A stretch of DNA of 64,000 nucleotides, taken from assembly GCA_951406725.2 (NCBI GenBank), contig OX597815.1, forward strand, positions 76,880,001-76,944,000, read 5' to 3'. A model generated the notes under the pieces. The model saw only the letters and a program-made list of their open reading frames with translations. It was not told where the DNA came from and searched no databases. This DNA is from Octopus vulgaris (lineage: Eukaryota). Position numbers and translations under genes: made by a program. Of this stretch, positions 40,885-55,496 are shown one piece after another; position 1 is the stretch's first letter; the number at the start of each line of letters is the position of its first letter.

Positions 40885-43800
40885 GTGTGTTTACCTTTAT
40901 ATTTGCTCCCCACTACTTCACCAAAGCTGCTGGTTTCTCTACACCCTAGTGACCTAGTGGTGTGACAGAGACTGACATACGTACCAAGCTTTAAAAAAAG
41001 TACCGGGGTCGATTTGTTTGACTAAACTTCAAAGCAGTACTCCAGCCGATTCTGCCTCCACCACCCTTTTCTGTATTCATATATCTGCTGTTCCGTATCT
41101 ACTGAATTTTTCGTTTGTAACTGTTTCATATGAGTCACAACGTCATTGTTGAATATAACTAGCTGTTTAGTAACGTATTCCGATATAGAAGTAAAGTACA
41201 GTACACTACAACCATCTGTCACTCGTAAGTTAGAATGGCTTGGTCACACACTGTACTTTCGTTAATTGCTTTGATGCCTATGTGTTTGCGAACAGACATA
41301 AGACATCCTCTTAGCCCTCTCAGCTGTAACTCAGAGAAATAGACGATGTGGCAAATGGAAGAAGAGGCGATTGTACCATAATCCGGTTTGGTACACATTA
41401 CGGATGTGTACACTGGAGTAACGTGAAACGAAGTACCTTGTTCAACGTATCGCTCAGCCAGAAATTGAACCTACAACGTCATGATTACGAGCCAAACACC
41501 CTAACCACTAGTCTCCACGCCCTCACTATAGAAGGAAAGAAATGCTAAAATAATTCTTGTTGTTTATATGAACGGGTTGTACTTCCTCCTATTTACGACT
41601 ACATTCATTGTTCCAGTTATACTATGCGTCCACCTTGGTGAGGCCATACTGCAGACTCCAATGAACATTGGTAAAATGTAAGAGGTGCAATGTTACCGTG
41701 AGGTTATTTCATAGTCTATCCTCTGCACAACTAGCCTATGCTTGTTGATGTTGTTGTTTTTGTGTAACCCCAGGTCGATTCTGATGAAGCAAACCTATTG
41801 TTAAATAAGTAGTCGTCCGAATGACAATGTGTCTCCCTCAAATTTGTTCTTCTAGTGACACTATGTTTCTACCTAGCTGAATTCTATACTGCATACTCCA
41901 GCAAACAATGATTAATTGTACGAAGTCTGGATACATTTTATTCTCACCAAATTTCGTTCCATTTTCTTCGGTTGTACGTTCTAATAGTAATCACGGCGGC
42001 TCAGGCAAGACTGTTTCCTTCAGAGCACAACAATCACTGTTCCTCGGAACAACTCGATAGTGTGAATCCCAACTCAGGTTCTTGAGATAGCTAGACTATC
42101 ATGCAGTTACAGGGGCTTTCAGTAATGAAATATCTTCAGCAACCAATTATGTCCTCACAAATCGAAGGGCTCTTTCACGTTTAGTTGTTTGCTTTGTTGT
42201 GCAGAGATGGATCATGCATATGTTATATATGTGTAGTGTTTTGGGTTTTTTTCTTTCTTTGTTCTCAAAAGTTTATTGAATATGTCATGGAGAAATTGGG
42301 AGCACGGAGAGAACTAGTATAATCTAAGATTGATTTAATATATAATTTTAACGGTTTGATCTGGAAAACAGAGTTATCACCGTGGCATTTGCAAAACTTC
42401 TGAAACCAGTGCAACTGATACGGTAGATATTGTTTTTACACAACTAAAAGTAACTACAAGGAAAAGATGAACACGACGGTAATTTCAGGGAGATTATATT
42501 GCTAGTGTGGGGCTTAGAGAGCTGGATAAAGAGATGACAAAATTGAGAGAAGGGAGAACGTTTGGAGGCTGATGATACAAGAGCTATCACTTTTTTCTGT
42601 ACTTCTGGTGGTAGTATATAAAAGGGTTTGTACCTTGTTTATTGACCTTGAGGAAGCACAGCAAAGTTAACTTCAAGAGATTTGAACTCGGAACCGTAAT
42701 GAATAATATATTTAAAAAAAAAGAAAAAAAAAACTGCCTTTCAACGCCGTAACGACTCTGCTACTTCGCTCATGTTTAATTCAAGTACAAATATTTCAGA
42801 ATAGAAGTACTTTCACACTATATAGCATTATTAAAGCTGTCTGAAGTGTAGTAATCATTAAATTATTATTCGTGACATGGGTGCCTTCAGGGTATTTATG
42901 AAAATGCGACATTAACGTTTTGTCAATCAAATAAACATATTTTCAAAACTGCTATAGAAATACGATATGGAACATAAATGCCGAAGTTTATTGTAATAAA
43001 ATAACTGTTAAAGAGCTGAATTAATGTTTATTACATGCCCATGCTGCCAACAAAACTATTAATACCAGAGATAGCACTGATAGTTTTTTAAAAGAACAAA
43101 ATTATCGTCAAAAACACATCACTCTTAGTTCCAACAACGTCACCACCTTCAGTTCTATTGTGGCGAGAAAAGCCGATATAGTCGCAAAACTAACTACAGA
43201 GTCAACTGCAACAATAAAATCACCAAGGAAATTATAACAAATAAATAACTTTTAATGTTTTCAAATCATTTTTTCAGCCTCACAAAAAACCTGCAAATCT
43301 TCAAAGAGTACTACCATCGTGTGAAAGGGCAACACTGCTTCTACTCATAAACAGACATTAATGCCCCCCCATCATATCAGTTATGACATAAACAGAAATA
43401 ATTATCTTAAACGAAAATTAATTCATGGAACCTGAGAGCTTCTGATCACGTTCCTTAACTCAGTAAAAGAGGAAGAAACAAAAATCATTGAGAGAAGTGA
43501 GCAAGGGTGAAGAAAGGGGATCCCACACTAGCTTCACGGGTCTATAGGAATTCTTTTTATCCTTTTCATTTCTTTCATCATTAATATTTCTATCGTCGGT
43601 TAGCTGCAAAATTCATTTTTGCTTGAAAGCGTGAAGATGTTTGCCATTGTACAGTAGTCCAGATTTTCTTTTATGAATCCGTGTAATTTATGTGTGCTTA
43701 GTGTGAAGAGGGTGAGAAGAGGGTGAAAAGTCAAGACAAACAATGTAAAAGAATAAACAAATATAGAAAACTAGTTTCGAAGCAAGAAATATATCGGTTA

Positions 43801-44504
43801 TGACTTGATACCACATAAAATATTAGAGTTTTAGTATTTTTATTATAGTTTCTTATTCCTTGATAATAATGTTTGTACATAATAGCTTATTGATTCGTTC
43901 CTGAAACCAAGTATTGTCTTCTCGTTGGTTAACTTTTCGCAGTGTTTGCTGCTGTCACTAGGTTTGTTATAACTGATGTGGCTGCTGGTTTATACTTCTA
44001 TTGTTATGAATAGTAATAATTTTCTTTTGTACTTTTATTCTCAATGATTACTGTCTTATGGGCATTTATTTAAGTTTTTTTTTTATATTTTCCTTTTACT
44101 TGCTTCGAAGTTGTTAGCTTGGCGGACGCTGAATTGTAAAATGTATTTTCGTACGTATATTGCTATGTTCATGAACTGAACTTCACTTTTTATATGATTT
44201 CATGAATTTTTATTCCAATATTTGCTGAAAGAATCAAAAGAAAATCAATATTTATGCAAAGCTAAAGGAAAGCAATATTTTCAGTAAGATCATTGTTGAT
44301 TAAGTGGTTGCACATACGTGCACATATAAATACACACACATATGCATATTAATTTTATATACATTTACACATATATGTATATATGTGTGTATATGTCTAT
44401 CTACAAATATACATATGCATACATACACACATATATATATATGTATATTTATATGTATATTGTGTGTGTGTATTATGTATGTAGGTAGATATGTATCTGT
44501 ATAT

Positions 44505-45490
44505 GCATACTTGGTAATAGGGTTTCCACAACCTATCTACTCTCACCTTCCTTTTCAAGTGCTACTTGAAGTTGATGAGAGGTCGACTATAGAGGAAAAT
44601 GTTTGTCTCTAGGCTTTTCAGGTGCATCCACCATACACATTCTTTCGCCATTGCCACAAGTACGATAAAAAATGGCTCTTCCTTCCCGTTTGAAGGAAGG
44701 AGGCGCGACAATATTGACGATAGACTCGGCTGATAAACCGACTCGTCCCACACGCGACAGCAGTCGTTCGACATAAGCCCAGGTTGGAAATGGCTGGACA
44801 ATACACGAGTGCGTGCAGAACGGTTTCATCACTCTGACCGCATTTCGAGCAGGTCGGCCCGGTGTTCCTCAAGCCATTCCTGTAGAGCTTATCTCGAATG
44901 GATTGCGCTTCTCGATAGCACTGCCAGGCCAGGTATTTCTGGAAGTTGTCAATAGGTCACGGCCCGAAAGTCGTCTTGAACAGGCGGGCCAGCTATTCTT
45001 CGTCGACACCCAAATTCGCCCCGAGATCGTCGTCGTACCTCCCCTCCACTAATCCCCTATAGAATGCTTTCGTGGTGATGCAGTCGCTCAAGGTCGACCC
45101 GGGACGGCATAGTAGCTCGAGAGCAACGCGCCAATCGCGGTGCCATTCGCCCTCCTCGACCTCTTTTTGATCTACGACTGCAGTTCGGTTATGGAGACGA
45201 GCTGCGGTAAAGCGCGCCTCACAAACGGCGATCACACCTGTTCACCGTCATTGATGTGGAGCCGGATATGTCGCAGTCTCAACGTGTGTCTGCGCATCAT
45301 CAACCACGGCATGCCGAGCCCTCCTTTTAGCGGGTATTGGCAGCAAACAGATCGCCTGATCATCGGAACGCTTCCTTTCCACTAGAAGCAGAAGAGGATG
45401 CATTCCAGTTTGGTGATGGTAGGGCCGGAAAAAGGTACGACGGTCAGCCAGTATTCAACTTTTGAAACGGGATACCTTCACTGCAAAGGG
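44505..45490 (-). mobile_element. L1/Tx1-clade LINE 3' fragment
   Basis: GC-rich block; CCHC knuckle CSKCGQSDETVLHALVYCP; upstream TTKAFYRGLVEGRYDD; frameshifted. Confidence 0.8.
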
Positions 45491-45504
45491 GAAAAGAAAT
45501 ATAC

Positions 45505-45566
<62 letters not shown>

Positions 45567-45599
45567 ATGTGTGTGTGTGTGTGTTAGTTGTTTTTTATG

Positions 45600-47940
45600 T
45601 AGTATGCAGGGTGTTCCACTTGCAGGACTTTGTTGAGGCGTGTTAGTTCAGCAATTCTGGGGTTTTAGGAAGGGAATAGTTTTTGTGATGTTTACTACCG
45701 ACCCGTAGAATATTGTTTTCTTCACAGTTTGGGCACTTGCTTGATATATTTATATTTACGGTCTTTACTTGGCTGATACTATTTGGGTGATCAATGTTGT
45801 ATATCGCACCTGTCAATCATATGTTGTATTATTTTGTTATATATGTCAATTTATTTTTCATGCATGATATCTCTGTCTCTAATTCATAGAGTAAGAATAA
45901 GTCTTTCTTTTGTTTTTAAAATTATTTATTATACTGTTTCCATTTCATGGTTTCAGATTTGGCTGTTTTTTTTCATAGTCTGACTGCACTGATCTCCGCC
46001 ATTTTATTTTATGTCGACTGCAATGTTTTCAGTGCTGATTAATTTGCTTCTTCTCAATGTTACTTTGATGCATTTGTCCAGCGCCATACTCATGCCGATG
46101 TCCTTGCTGAAACTATGAACAACTTTTAGGTTTTCCTCTTCTGTAGTGAAATTTTTGAAGTCATCCATGTATAGGAGATGGTCTATTGTTTGTCCATAAC
46201 ACCTGTAACCCATGGTGATTTCATTCAACAAGTTTGTTAGTGGAATCAAAGCAAGGCAGAGAAACAGGAGTGACAGCTAGTTTACTTGGAACCCCCAACC
46301 TTCTTATGGGTATACGGCAGGTTTTAACGACTTATGTTTCCTTTTTCAGTGTTATACTGACTTTCTAGTTTGCCATTGCATAGTTGATATATTTTAGTAG
46401 TGTTGGAGCCACTTTATTTGTGTGGAGCAATTCAAGTATCCATTAGTGTAGAACACTGTCGAATACTTTCTAGTAATCAGTCAAAGTCATGTTGAAGTCT
46501 GCCTTTCTCTTCTTACAGTCCTCTGTAATGGCTCGATTTACCAGAGGCTGCTATGTACAATCATACATCCCTTTTGTTCTTCTGGAAAAACATAGTTGTT
46601 TTCAAATCCGGTTATAGATGACGGATGTGAAGGTTTTGTAGGATGTTGAAAGGCATGTTATTGGCCTATAATTTTGTGGATATATGGTATGTCTTTTTTT
46701 TTTGGGGGGGGGGAGATTAGAGCGGTTTGTCCTTCCAGCATCCAATTTGGCGTTGATTCTGGCTTGCTTATTATTAAATCAAATGCTGCCGCTATGTGAG
46801 CATGAGTATTGGTGGTGTTTCAACCAGAAGTTGGGAACCTTGTCTATCCCTGAAGTTTTCCAGTTACTGGTTGTCCTCAGTGTGTCGGTGATCTCTTGAC
46901 TTGTTATGGCGGGCCATACCTTTGGTGCTATTTTGCACTTTCTTTCCTTCTCCCTATTTATGCATTGAGCATTTTTGTTGCGTTGTTCTTGTTTGCTCCA
47001 AATTCATTTCCAGTACGAATGAATCTCTGATTTTGTAGGCATGTCATAGTTTTTTGTTTAACTTTCTGTGGAATCTTTTCGTGTTTATCTTAAATTCTCT
47101 ATTTTCTTGAAAGAGGCGCTCGCGTTTTTCGTACCGCTGTATGCGTCAGATTTTTGCTGTTATACTCTGTTTAATTCTTTCCTTTACCTCCCAGCTCCAT
47201 ACTCATGCCGATGATTGCAGTAAAAATGAGTGTTAAGTTTTGCAACAAGGGTGTCATTTTATTGGTTGAGACCTTGTAAAAAATTCACCAGATTTGTCTA
47301 GTTTGTTTTATGTTTATCAATGTTGTATATCGCACGTGTCAATCATATGTTGTATTATTTTGTTATATATGTCATTTTATTTTTCATGCATGATATCTCT
47401 GTCTCTAATTCATAGAGTAGGAATAAGTCTTTCTTTTGTTTTTAAAATTATTTATTATACTGTTTCCATTTCATGGTTTCAGATTTGGCTGGGTTTTTTT
47501 TTTTTTTTTATATTTTCGTGAAGGTGAATTCCGCTTTCCTTGAATATCGCTACAGCTGCAAAGTAGTTCAGATCCTATAGTTTCTTGATATCTAGGTAAT
47601 CTTTTGATGTGGTCATTATTTTTTTGTAGGGCTCTTGTGTATCTATTTATCCTTGCACAAAGCTGTTTATTTGTTGCAGTCTGAGGAGACGTTTACGCCG
47701 ACTCATATTTATCGACTTTATGATGTTTTCTTCTATTTCAGTTATTTTTTCAATCAGTTCGTCTCCATCATCGATTATAGTTGGTCTGTCATGGTGTGTG
47801 TTATTTTCCTTCTGGTTGCTTAGTTTCAGTATTTGCTTGTCTATGTGTGTTGGTGAATTGCTGTGCAGAACGATTTATTTCTGGTTTAGATACCTGTGTA
47901 GAGATTTTACTTTGGTTTAGCATTTTATTTGCCGTATGCA
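45600..47940 (-). mobile_element. Rearranged R4/Dong-like LINE fragments including RT core
   Basis: IPLTNLLNEITMGY...IDHLLYMDDFK...FSKDIGMSMALDKC (RT YMDD); abuts a (TAA)n tract at 47941-47984. Confidence 0.75.
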
Positions 47941-47950
47941 ATTATTATTA

Positions 47951-47985
<35 letters not shown>

Positions 47986-48949
47986 AAATCCAAGCATTAT
48001 TTTTCATATTCAAGTTTCTGACTTTCATATTTTGTGTCAGTCTTGTCCACCTTGACCGCATTTGTTTTCTATGTCCATATAGGTTGCTATATTTAGAGAC
48101 AATTATACACTGTTTCAAAATAATCTTCATGAAGGAAAATGTCTTTTTCTCATTTATTTTATTTTATTCGTTTTTCTCAGCGTTTATGAGTTTTGCTATG
48201 AGCAGTGAAGATGTCAAGGATACATAATTTACATGGATGTTCTAAGTCTATTTTTGTAGCGTTTGCAGTGATAAAAATAACGTGAGTTAAGACTATAATT
48301 ATATAACAAGCTCCAAAGGTAATACATGTTTTCAACATTTTCTTAATTGAATGCTCTTCTTACATATGTTGACCATTAATCTTGGTTTCACCCACAGATA
48401 TTTTTTAAAAGGTTGACGCCCATAATTAGATAGTAATTTAGTGAAAAACTAATCCACAATTACAGTAAAAATGAGTTAAGTTTTGCAACAACGGTGTCGT
48501 TTTATTGGTTGAGATCTTGTTAAAAATTCCCCAGATTTGTCTAGTTTGTTTTATGTTAATCAATGTTGTATATCGCACCTGTCAATCATATTTTGCATAT
48601 CATTATTTATTCAAACATATTTCTGAGCCGAAATTCCTTTTATAACATAAATATATATATATATGTGTGTGTGTGAGTGTGTGTGTGTGTGTGTGTATGT
48701 GCGTGCGTGCGTGCGTGCGTGCGTGCGAGTGTGTGTGTGTGTGTGTGTGTGCATGTGTGTGCCTGTGTGTGCATGCGTGTATGCGTGTTATTGTGCGGGG
48801 TTTGCTTTCTAAAGGTTAGGCACATAGATATATAGATAGATAGATAGATAGATAGATAGCAAGAGAGAGAGAGAGAGAGAGAGAGAGGGGGTGGAGTGAG
48901 AGAGAGGGAGAGATAATGTGAAAGAGAGATAATACAAGAATTTTGCTAC

Positions 48950-49330
48950 CGTAAATTGAAATTTAACCTTGCTGAAACTCCTGTCATCAACGACTCTTCT
49001 TGTTATAAGACGTTTATGACAGAAATTGTTTGCAGAATGCTTTGTCAATTCAGTTCTATCTGCGGAGCCCTTCCCAATATGAAATCCTTGGAATCTAATT
49101 TGAATTACAATATGTTTAAGATAAATTATCTCGGTGGAATGTATACATACGTTAGCATAAGCGACAGACGCGTTTTGGCTTTATTAGAGTTACTCAATGA
49201 AGTATATTATAGGGAAGATATAGACATGATCAGTGACTCTGGTTATGGATATCAAGGATAACGTGTTCGCATACTAAATAGCTACAATTGGTCACAGCAT
49301 ATAATATTCTGGAAAACGATAAAAGACAAG
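48950..49330 (+). pseudogene. Possible PIF/Harbinger-type transposase remnant
   Basis: ...SISDRRVL...LL......DIDMISDSGYG resembles the SD..+...(A/G)D.GY segment of DDE_Tnp_4; heavily decayed. Confidence 0.35.
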
Positions 49331-50501
49331 GCTGAATTATAGAAATTCATTGATGACATGAACTAGAAATCTAGAACTAATGTTAGCCGTAGAGAAATTA
49401 TTTGAATTTACATTGAACCTTATTTTTAGTTTATTTTGTTTTGAGTTTGGTTTGCAATATTCTTCATGTGAACTTGTACGTTGATACAACAAAATATTTT
49501 TAGTTTGATTTACCAATACGGCCAAGGCTATACTGGAGTAACACATTTTGAAGGCAATTAAATTATTCATCATTTTAAAGCAATTATAAGAAAAGAAAAT
49601 ATAATGAATAGATCAATCAAGAAAATGTAGAAATGAAAGTTAACGATTTCGATTATTTGTTTACAGAAATGCATTTTACAAACTTTTGTCCTTGGTATTA
49701 TACTTTATTTATTCAATTTTTTTCTTTCAACAAATCAATATCACAGTTTCGAATAAAGAATAATAGAAATAATTGAACAAACGAATAAAAATAATTCTTT
49801 AGACCAATTTGCTTTTACTTATTTCTGGTGACTTTTCGAACGAATCAATGCTTCTTATTGATTGCATAATGTTAACAGACTGAATTCCTCTTGTAATTAA
49901 ATTTACTTTTAGAAATAGATTTGTGCCTTAGTATACTATCTATTCAACGTACCGTTTTGAACTTGATGTAAAATTTTTGTGCCACTTATTAAAACAGACT
50001 CTGCTTGAGAATGTTTGAGAAACAGCACCAATGTAACTGCTTTACAGTATTTAGCATCGTTTTTATATTTATCTCTGAGTCTAAATCTCAGTGAGATCTA
50101 ACTTAGCTTTTCATAGACTGGAGCTAATATACTAGACTGTTTCAGTTACAGAAATAGTTTTTGACTTATTCTTTAAGTATTTTGAATGGCTAATACGTAA
50201 TATAAGGTAATGAACAAGAAGAAGCGTTAGCGCATTGGACAAAATATTTACAGCTTTTTCTTTCAGTTCTTCACGTTCTGAGTTCAAATCCTTGCGATCA
50301 ACTTTTCCTTTCAGACCTTCAGAGTCAATAAAATGAAGTACTAGTCAAGTACTTGAGTCAATGTAATCGACTAATTCATTCCCTCTAGAATTGCTGACAT
50401 TGAATTCTGCAACGGACCAGCGTCCCATTCACTCATAAACAACATTAGGAGTCCAAGGGCTCGAGGAAAAAATCTTAATATATTCATAATCTAAAGTGTG
50501 C

Positions 50502-50640
50502 AGGAGTGTAGCCTAATGGCTTGGATATTAGATTCACGATTATAAGATCGTGGGTTCGATTCTCAGACTTGGTGCCGAATTGTGTTTTTGAATAAGGTAT
50601 TTCATTTCACGTTACTTTAGTTCACTCTGCTAAAAGTGTC
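50502..50640 (+). mobile_element. tRNA-like SINE head (not a functional tRNA)
   Basis: A box TAGCCTAATGG, B box GGTTCGATTC, no paired acceptor stem; runs into SINE body. Confidence 0.55.
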
Positions 50641-51673
50641 TGTAGTCGCTTGGAGCTTATCCGGGAAACTGGGACATGCTTCGGCCTAATGAGCTCATAA
50701 AATCAAACAGGAAATGATAATTTAGTAAAAACACACTGAAAAGTCTCTATCAAAAGGTACTTTCAATTCTGCCTGGTGAAAGGTAGATACCAAAACTCCC
50801 TCAAATAGCATCTACTGTGTTAATAAAAAAGGAAGGTTACATTAGGTATCTCTAAATAAAAGGATGGGATGGTAATGGCAAGAACGTCTTTAGTCATATG
50901 ACTACTTCAAGACTGATATAGGATTAACGTATTTGTAGGAAGAGAGAAAAGGAGAAAGGATATATATATATATATTTTCTCTCTCTCTCTCTCTCTCTGT
51001 ATATATATATGGGGAGAGAGAGAGAGAGATTGACAAACAGAGAGACAGATGAAACTGTCACTAGAAAACTCGTCACTGGAAAACTCGTTATGTGCATTCT
51101 AAAGATGGAGTTTCGTATCTTTGTTAGAAAACACGTCCTTTCTCAGATGAAGAATTTAAAAAATTAAAACGGTAGATAACATACATGCATGCATATATTC
51201 ATGCATACATACATACATGCGTGCATGCACACGTACGTACATACATACATACAATATCCTGAAGACTCAAGTGCCTAAGGTAAGGAATGAAAACTAAGAG
51301 TTCAAGGCGTCATAGATTTTCATTACATTACTAAAGTAGATAGCTTTGGCCCGACGAGTATTTAGCGGATTACCCCTCGTTTGGGTAATTACTACTTCCG
51401 AGCTATGAAATATATGTAGTTTGGGTTTTATTTAATACATTCCCTAATTCTGGATTTTTTTTTCGCAAACATAGCAACTCCAGCTGCTAACCGTGAACTA
51501 TAAAATAACATTTTTCAGCTTATCGAACTTGGATATGAGGAAACTTTACAACCTTCTATTTCAATAAACCGCAATTGTTCCTGGAAGTTGCTTTTATACC
51601 TTCTACGGTACACTCGAATCGTACTTACTTCCTACACCTTGATCCTTGGATATTACCTTTACATATTATATTT

Positions 51674-51743
<70 letters not shown>

Positions 51744-53146
51744 ATATACATAAAGTGTAACGATATCCTAGATTTCGAAAAGAAGACAAGCTCTTGCTTG
51801 ATTGAGTTTCGGGTCCTCGCATCATTTAGCAAGATTGTTATTCCTTTCGTTTTCTATAAAGACTCTTCCTGTTTCATTGGAGTTTTTCAAGCAATCATTC
51901 AACGGAAGTTGTATGCATGAAAATAGAGAAAGATTGTCTTAATACCATAGAATTTAAAGTTGAATGCCGTGAGAAAATCAAAAGTATCATGTATGGTTCT
52001 TTGCAAATAAAGTAATATCCAAATGTTATCTGCTCCTTGAAACAACCATTCGTAGAATTCCTTTTGAAGAAGAAAGAACGCTTGAATTCACCTGAAACTT
52101 CAATATCTTTATTAATGAACAAGAAAAAAAAGCAAGTGGATCAGATTAAAAAATTAAAATCTAATTTAGTGAAGATTAATTTCCTTTCCCGATAACTCCA
52201 TTTACAAGCATTGAAAAAGTAATACCAAATTAAGAATCTACAAAAATATTGTAAACAAGGAATATTATTTACAGTTCCTAATTCTATGATAATTTGTTGC
52301 AACTCTTCAGAAATAGAAAACAATATTTATTTATTGTTTTTTAAATTTGTTCTATACAAAACTTTTCCAATGGTCGAAAACTGAAAAGACCGGATTTGAA
52401 ACAGGAAACCTACAGTGAGCATAACCACAAGCAAGTTTTCATTTACTTTAGTAACTACTGAATGAAATGGCTAACGTTTGCGTTATTTGCTTTAATAGTA
52501 TCTGAAATAGAACTTCAATGGGGAAACACATTCCGTATACTTATTATTCGTATGTGTTAGAACATAGAATATCGATCACATTAAAAAAACATTCGATTTC
52601 CAACATTAAAACGGTTATAATCGAAGTGAAGAACATATTAAAATGAATGTATTTCATTGAAATACTTTCAAATACTACTGCCATATAAAAGATAGGTGTT
52701 TATAGAAAAGAAAAAGACTATCGTTATTAAAAGTAACGACGAATTGATGGATGAGATTTCTCGTGTTAACAATTGTAAATAAGTTTTCGTTTACATATTA
52801 ATTTCTATGATAAGAGCATGCTATACCAGGTTAATGAATTTATACATTATTGTATAAGATCATTCATATTTCTAAAATGTATTTTTAGAAGTTGTTATTT
52901 CATATACAAATAATATTATAAATTTTAATTATCACACATAGTGTAACCTAAAGAGAGGAGAAAAAAGGCAATATCATTGGTTCTTTAGGCTCTCTTAAAT
53001 TGGAGAAAAGTATGCAACCGAAATGAATATTGAATTCCAAGTTTGTCGCTGAGATGGAATGAAAATGGGAAAAATCTAGGATGTAGATCAGAATAAGAGG
53101 GACTGGAATCTAAACGGGATTATCAACATTATTATTTATAATTCTT

Positions 53147-53320
53147 AAGGCGGCATTTCGTCTGTCCTTACGTTCCGAGTTCATATTCCGCCGAGGTCGA
53201 CTTTGCCTTCATCCTTCCGAGGTCGATGAAATAAGTACCAGTTACGCAATGGGTCGATGTAATAGACTAGCCCCTCCCTCAAATTTTCAGGCCTTGCGCC
53301 TATAGTAGAAAGGATTATTA
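53147..53320 (+). mobile_element. tRNA-derived Nin/Deu-like SINE with internal deletion
   Basis: AAGGCGGC joined directly to ATTTCGTCTG...GAGGTCGACTTTGCCTTCATCC...AAGTACCAG. Confidence 0.8.
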
Positions 53321-54147
53321 ATAATTCTTTATATCACTTTAGAGATCTGATCTTTGATGAGAGAGTGATAAGTCAAAATTTGGCAATGTTGGCGTGGTAA
53401 TCTTTTTCTTTTTTTTTTTAGAATGAGGAATTATAACTATATGCATCTACATCAGTAAAAAGAGAAGGAAATCTTTATTTCAACACTATATATCTGAATC
53501 AGACAAATATACTTTATTATGGTTTATCAAAAGAACTCTATTCTGTAGAAGTAATCATACTGTAAGCTTGTTGTTACAATGTTTCAACTTTTAGAACAAC
53601 CTATTTCACGTCACATTTATCGCTAATTTCCTTTAGAAAACTCATAAAGTTTGTTCAGTTACATTTTTCTCCATCGTCTTCTCAATAATTTGAAAGCCCT
53701 CTACTAGTTATTATATTTAACAATATCCTGTCAAACCTTCAGAAATAATTTCATATTTTGGTCTGTTTAGATTTTAGCTTCAATATGAATTCATAAATGT
53801 CTGTTTGCATACACATTTTGCATAATAGACGCCATTTATATTAGAGATATGTCATCTTGTTATTTTTGTTATTTCCTGCACAAATAACAAATGATATCAA
53901 ATACAAAATTCCTTAGCAGCTGCCTTAATCAAATATTCTTTCAAAGCCAATATTTAATTAATATTTCCGTCTACAGAAATATAAATGAAGTCGTAGAAGT
54001 GTTATGGTGGCAAAGGTAATAGAAATGAACATAAAAACGCAAGAATTATGTATGTGTGCATGTGCATGGTAGATTACGTGCGTGTGCGTTTGTGCGTATG
54101 TGTGTGCGTGTACACACATTTTTCATACATAGATACGCACGTACACT

Positions 54148-54283
54148 CATACATACATACATACATACATACATACATACATACATACATACATACATAC
54201 ATACATACATACATACATACATACATACATACATACATACATACATACATACATACATACATACATACATACATACATACATA
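54148..54283. repeat. (TACA)n microsatellite
   Basis: Pure tetranucleotide run. Confidence 0.98.
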
Positions 54284-54375
54284 CAGTCATGCGTCGTTTA
54301 ACGTTTTAGGTACTTTCGTGAAAACGTGACGTTAGCCGAATTGGATATTGTTCGAACATCACGTTGTGAACATAG
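54284..54375 (+). mobile_element. Possible pogo/Tigger-like terminal sequence
   Basis: TA followed by CAGTCATGCGTCGTTTAACG...GTTAG.CGA.TT...TTGTTCGAACATCA, similar from memory to Tigger/Golem ends. No partner TIR found. Confidence 0.45.
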
Positions 54376-55222
54376 GTATTTATACTTATGAGTTTGTGGA
54401 ACATTGCTGGTGATGAAACAAAACTAAACATATACTTGTCACACAGTTTGTAAACATCATCTTTCATAAATAAGCAAATATACTTAAAAGTACTATATTT
54501 GCACACTGTAATAGTTTCCAAAAAAAAGCAGACCACTAAAATGTATTCAGTTAGTTCAATAATCAGAGTGGCAAATAAATCACTTTCTTTTAATTGGTCC
54601 GGTTCTCTGCACTCTGCCTTCAAATCATGCCGAGATCAATCTAGTCTGATCTCCCCATTTTATTTTTACATTTTTTACAATTTTACAATATTGCATATTA
54701 CAATAATACTAGTATTTTCATGCTTTCCGCAACTTTAAGCATCTATATATTAGCAACTTTAACAGACAATTGCGCTTCGTAACTGACAGTTGTCGTGGCA
54801 CGTCTGAATTAGTATTTTAAATACCTTGTAATAAGCTCCGGGCTGAATCTTGCGAACAGTATTTTAACCAATCAGCAGGCGGTTATAACGTCATAGTTTG
54901 ATGAGCGAGTCAATACAGTTGACAGTAATAACGCATATTCATTGAAACGTTTTAACAAATCAGAGTTATTTGTAAAGGATTCGGTTGCATTCAGATCTTG
55001 AAAAACCTCAGAGAAACGGTAGCCCTACCTTAAATAATTTAAATGAAAACTGCTAATGTATTTTATTGCGTCTGGGGAGTCATTCTCTTTTAGTATACAA
55101 AAACTCCTACTGTAGTTTTAGTAAAATTACATCATCATCATTATAAACATCATCATAATCACGATCACTACCACCTCCATCATCATTACCATCATCATCC
55201 ATCATCATCATCATCATCATCA

Positions 55223-55264
<42 letters not shown>

Positions 55265-55269
55265 TACAC

Positions 55270-55425
55270 TCTTTACGTTCTGAGTTCTAATTCCGCCGAG
55301 GTCGACTTTACCTTTCATCCATTCGGGGTCGATAAATTAAGTGCCAATGAAACACTGGGGTCAATGTGAACGACTTAACACCACCACAAATTCCAGGCCT
55401 TGTGACTATAGTAGAAAGGATTATT
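55270..55425 (+). mobile_element. 5'-truncated Nin/Deu-like SINE between (ATT)n and (AGT)n tracts
   Basis: TTACGTTCTGAGTTCTAATTCCGCCGAGGTCGACTTTACCTTTCATCCATTCGGGGTCGATAAATTAAG. Confidence 0.8.
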
Positions 55426-55440
55426 ATTATTATTAATTAT

Positions 55441-55496
<56 letters not shown>

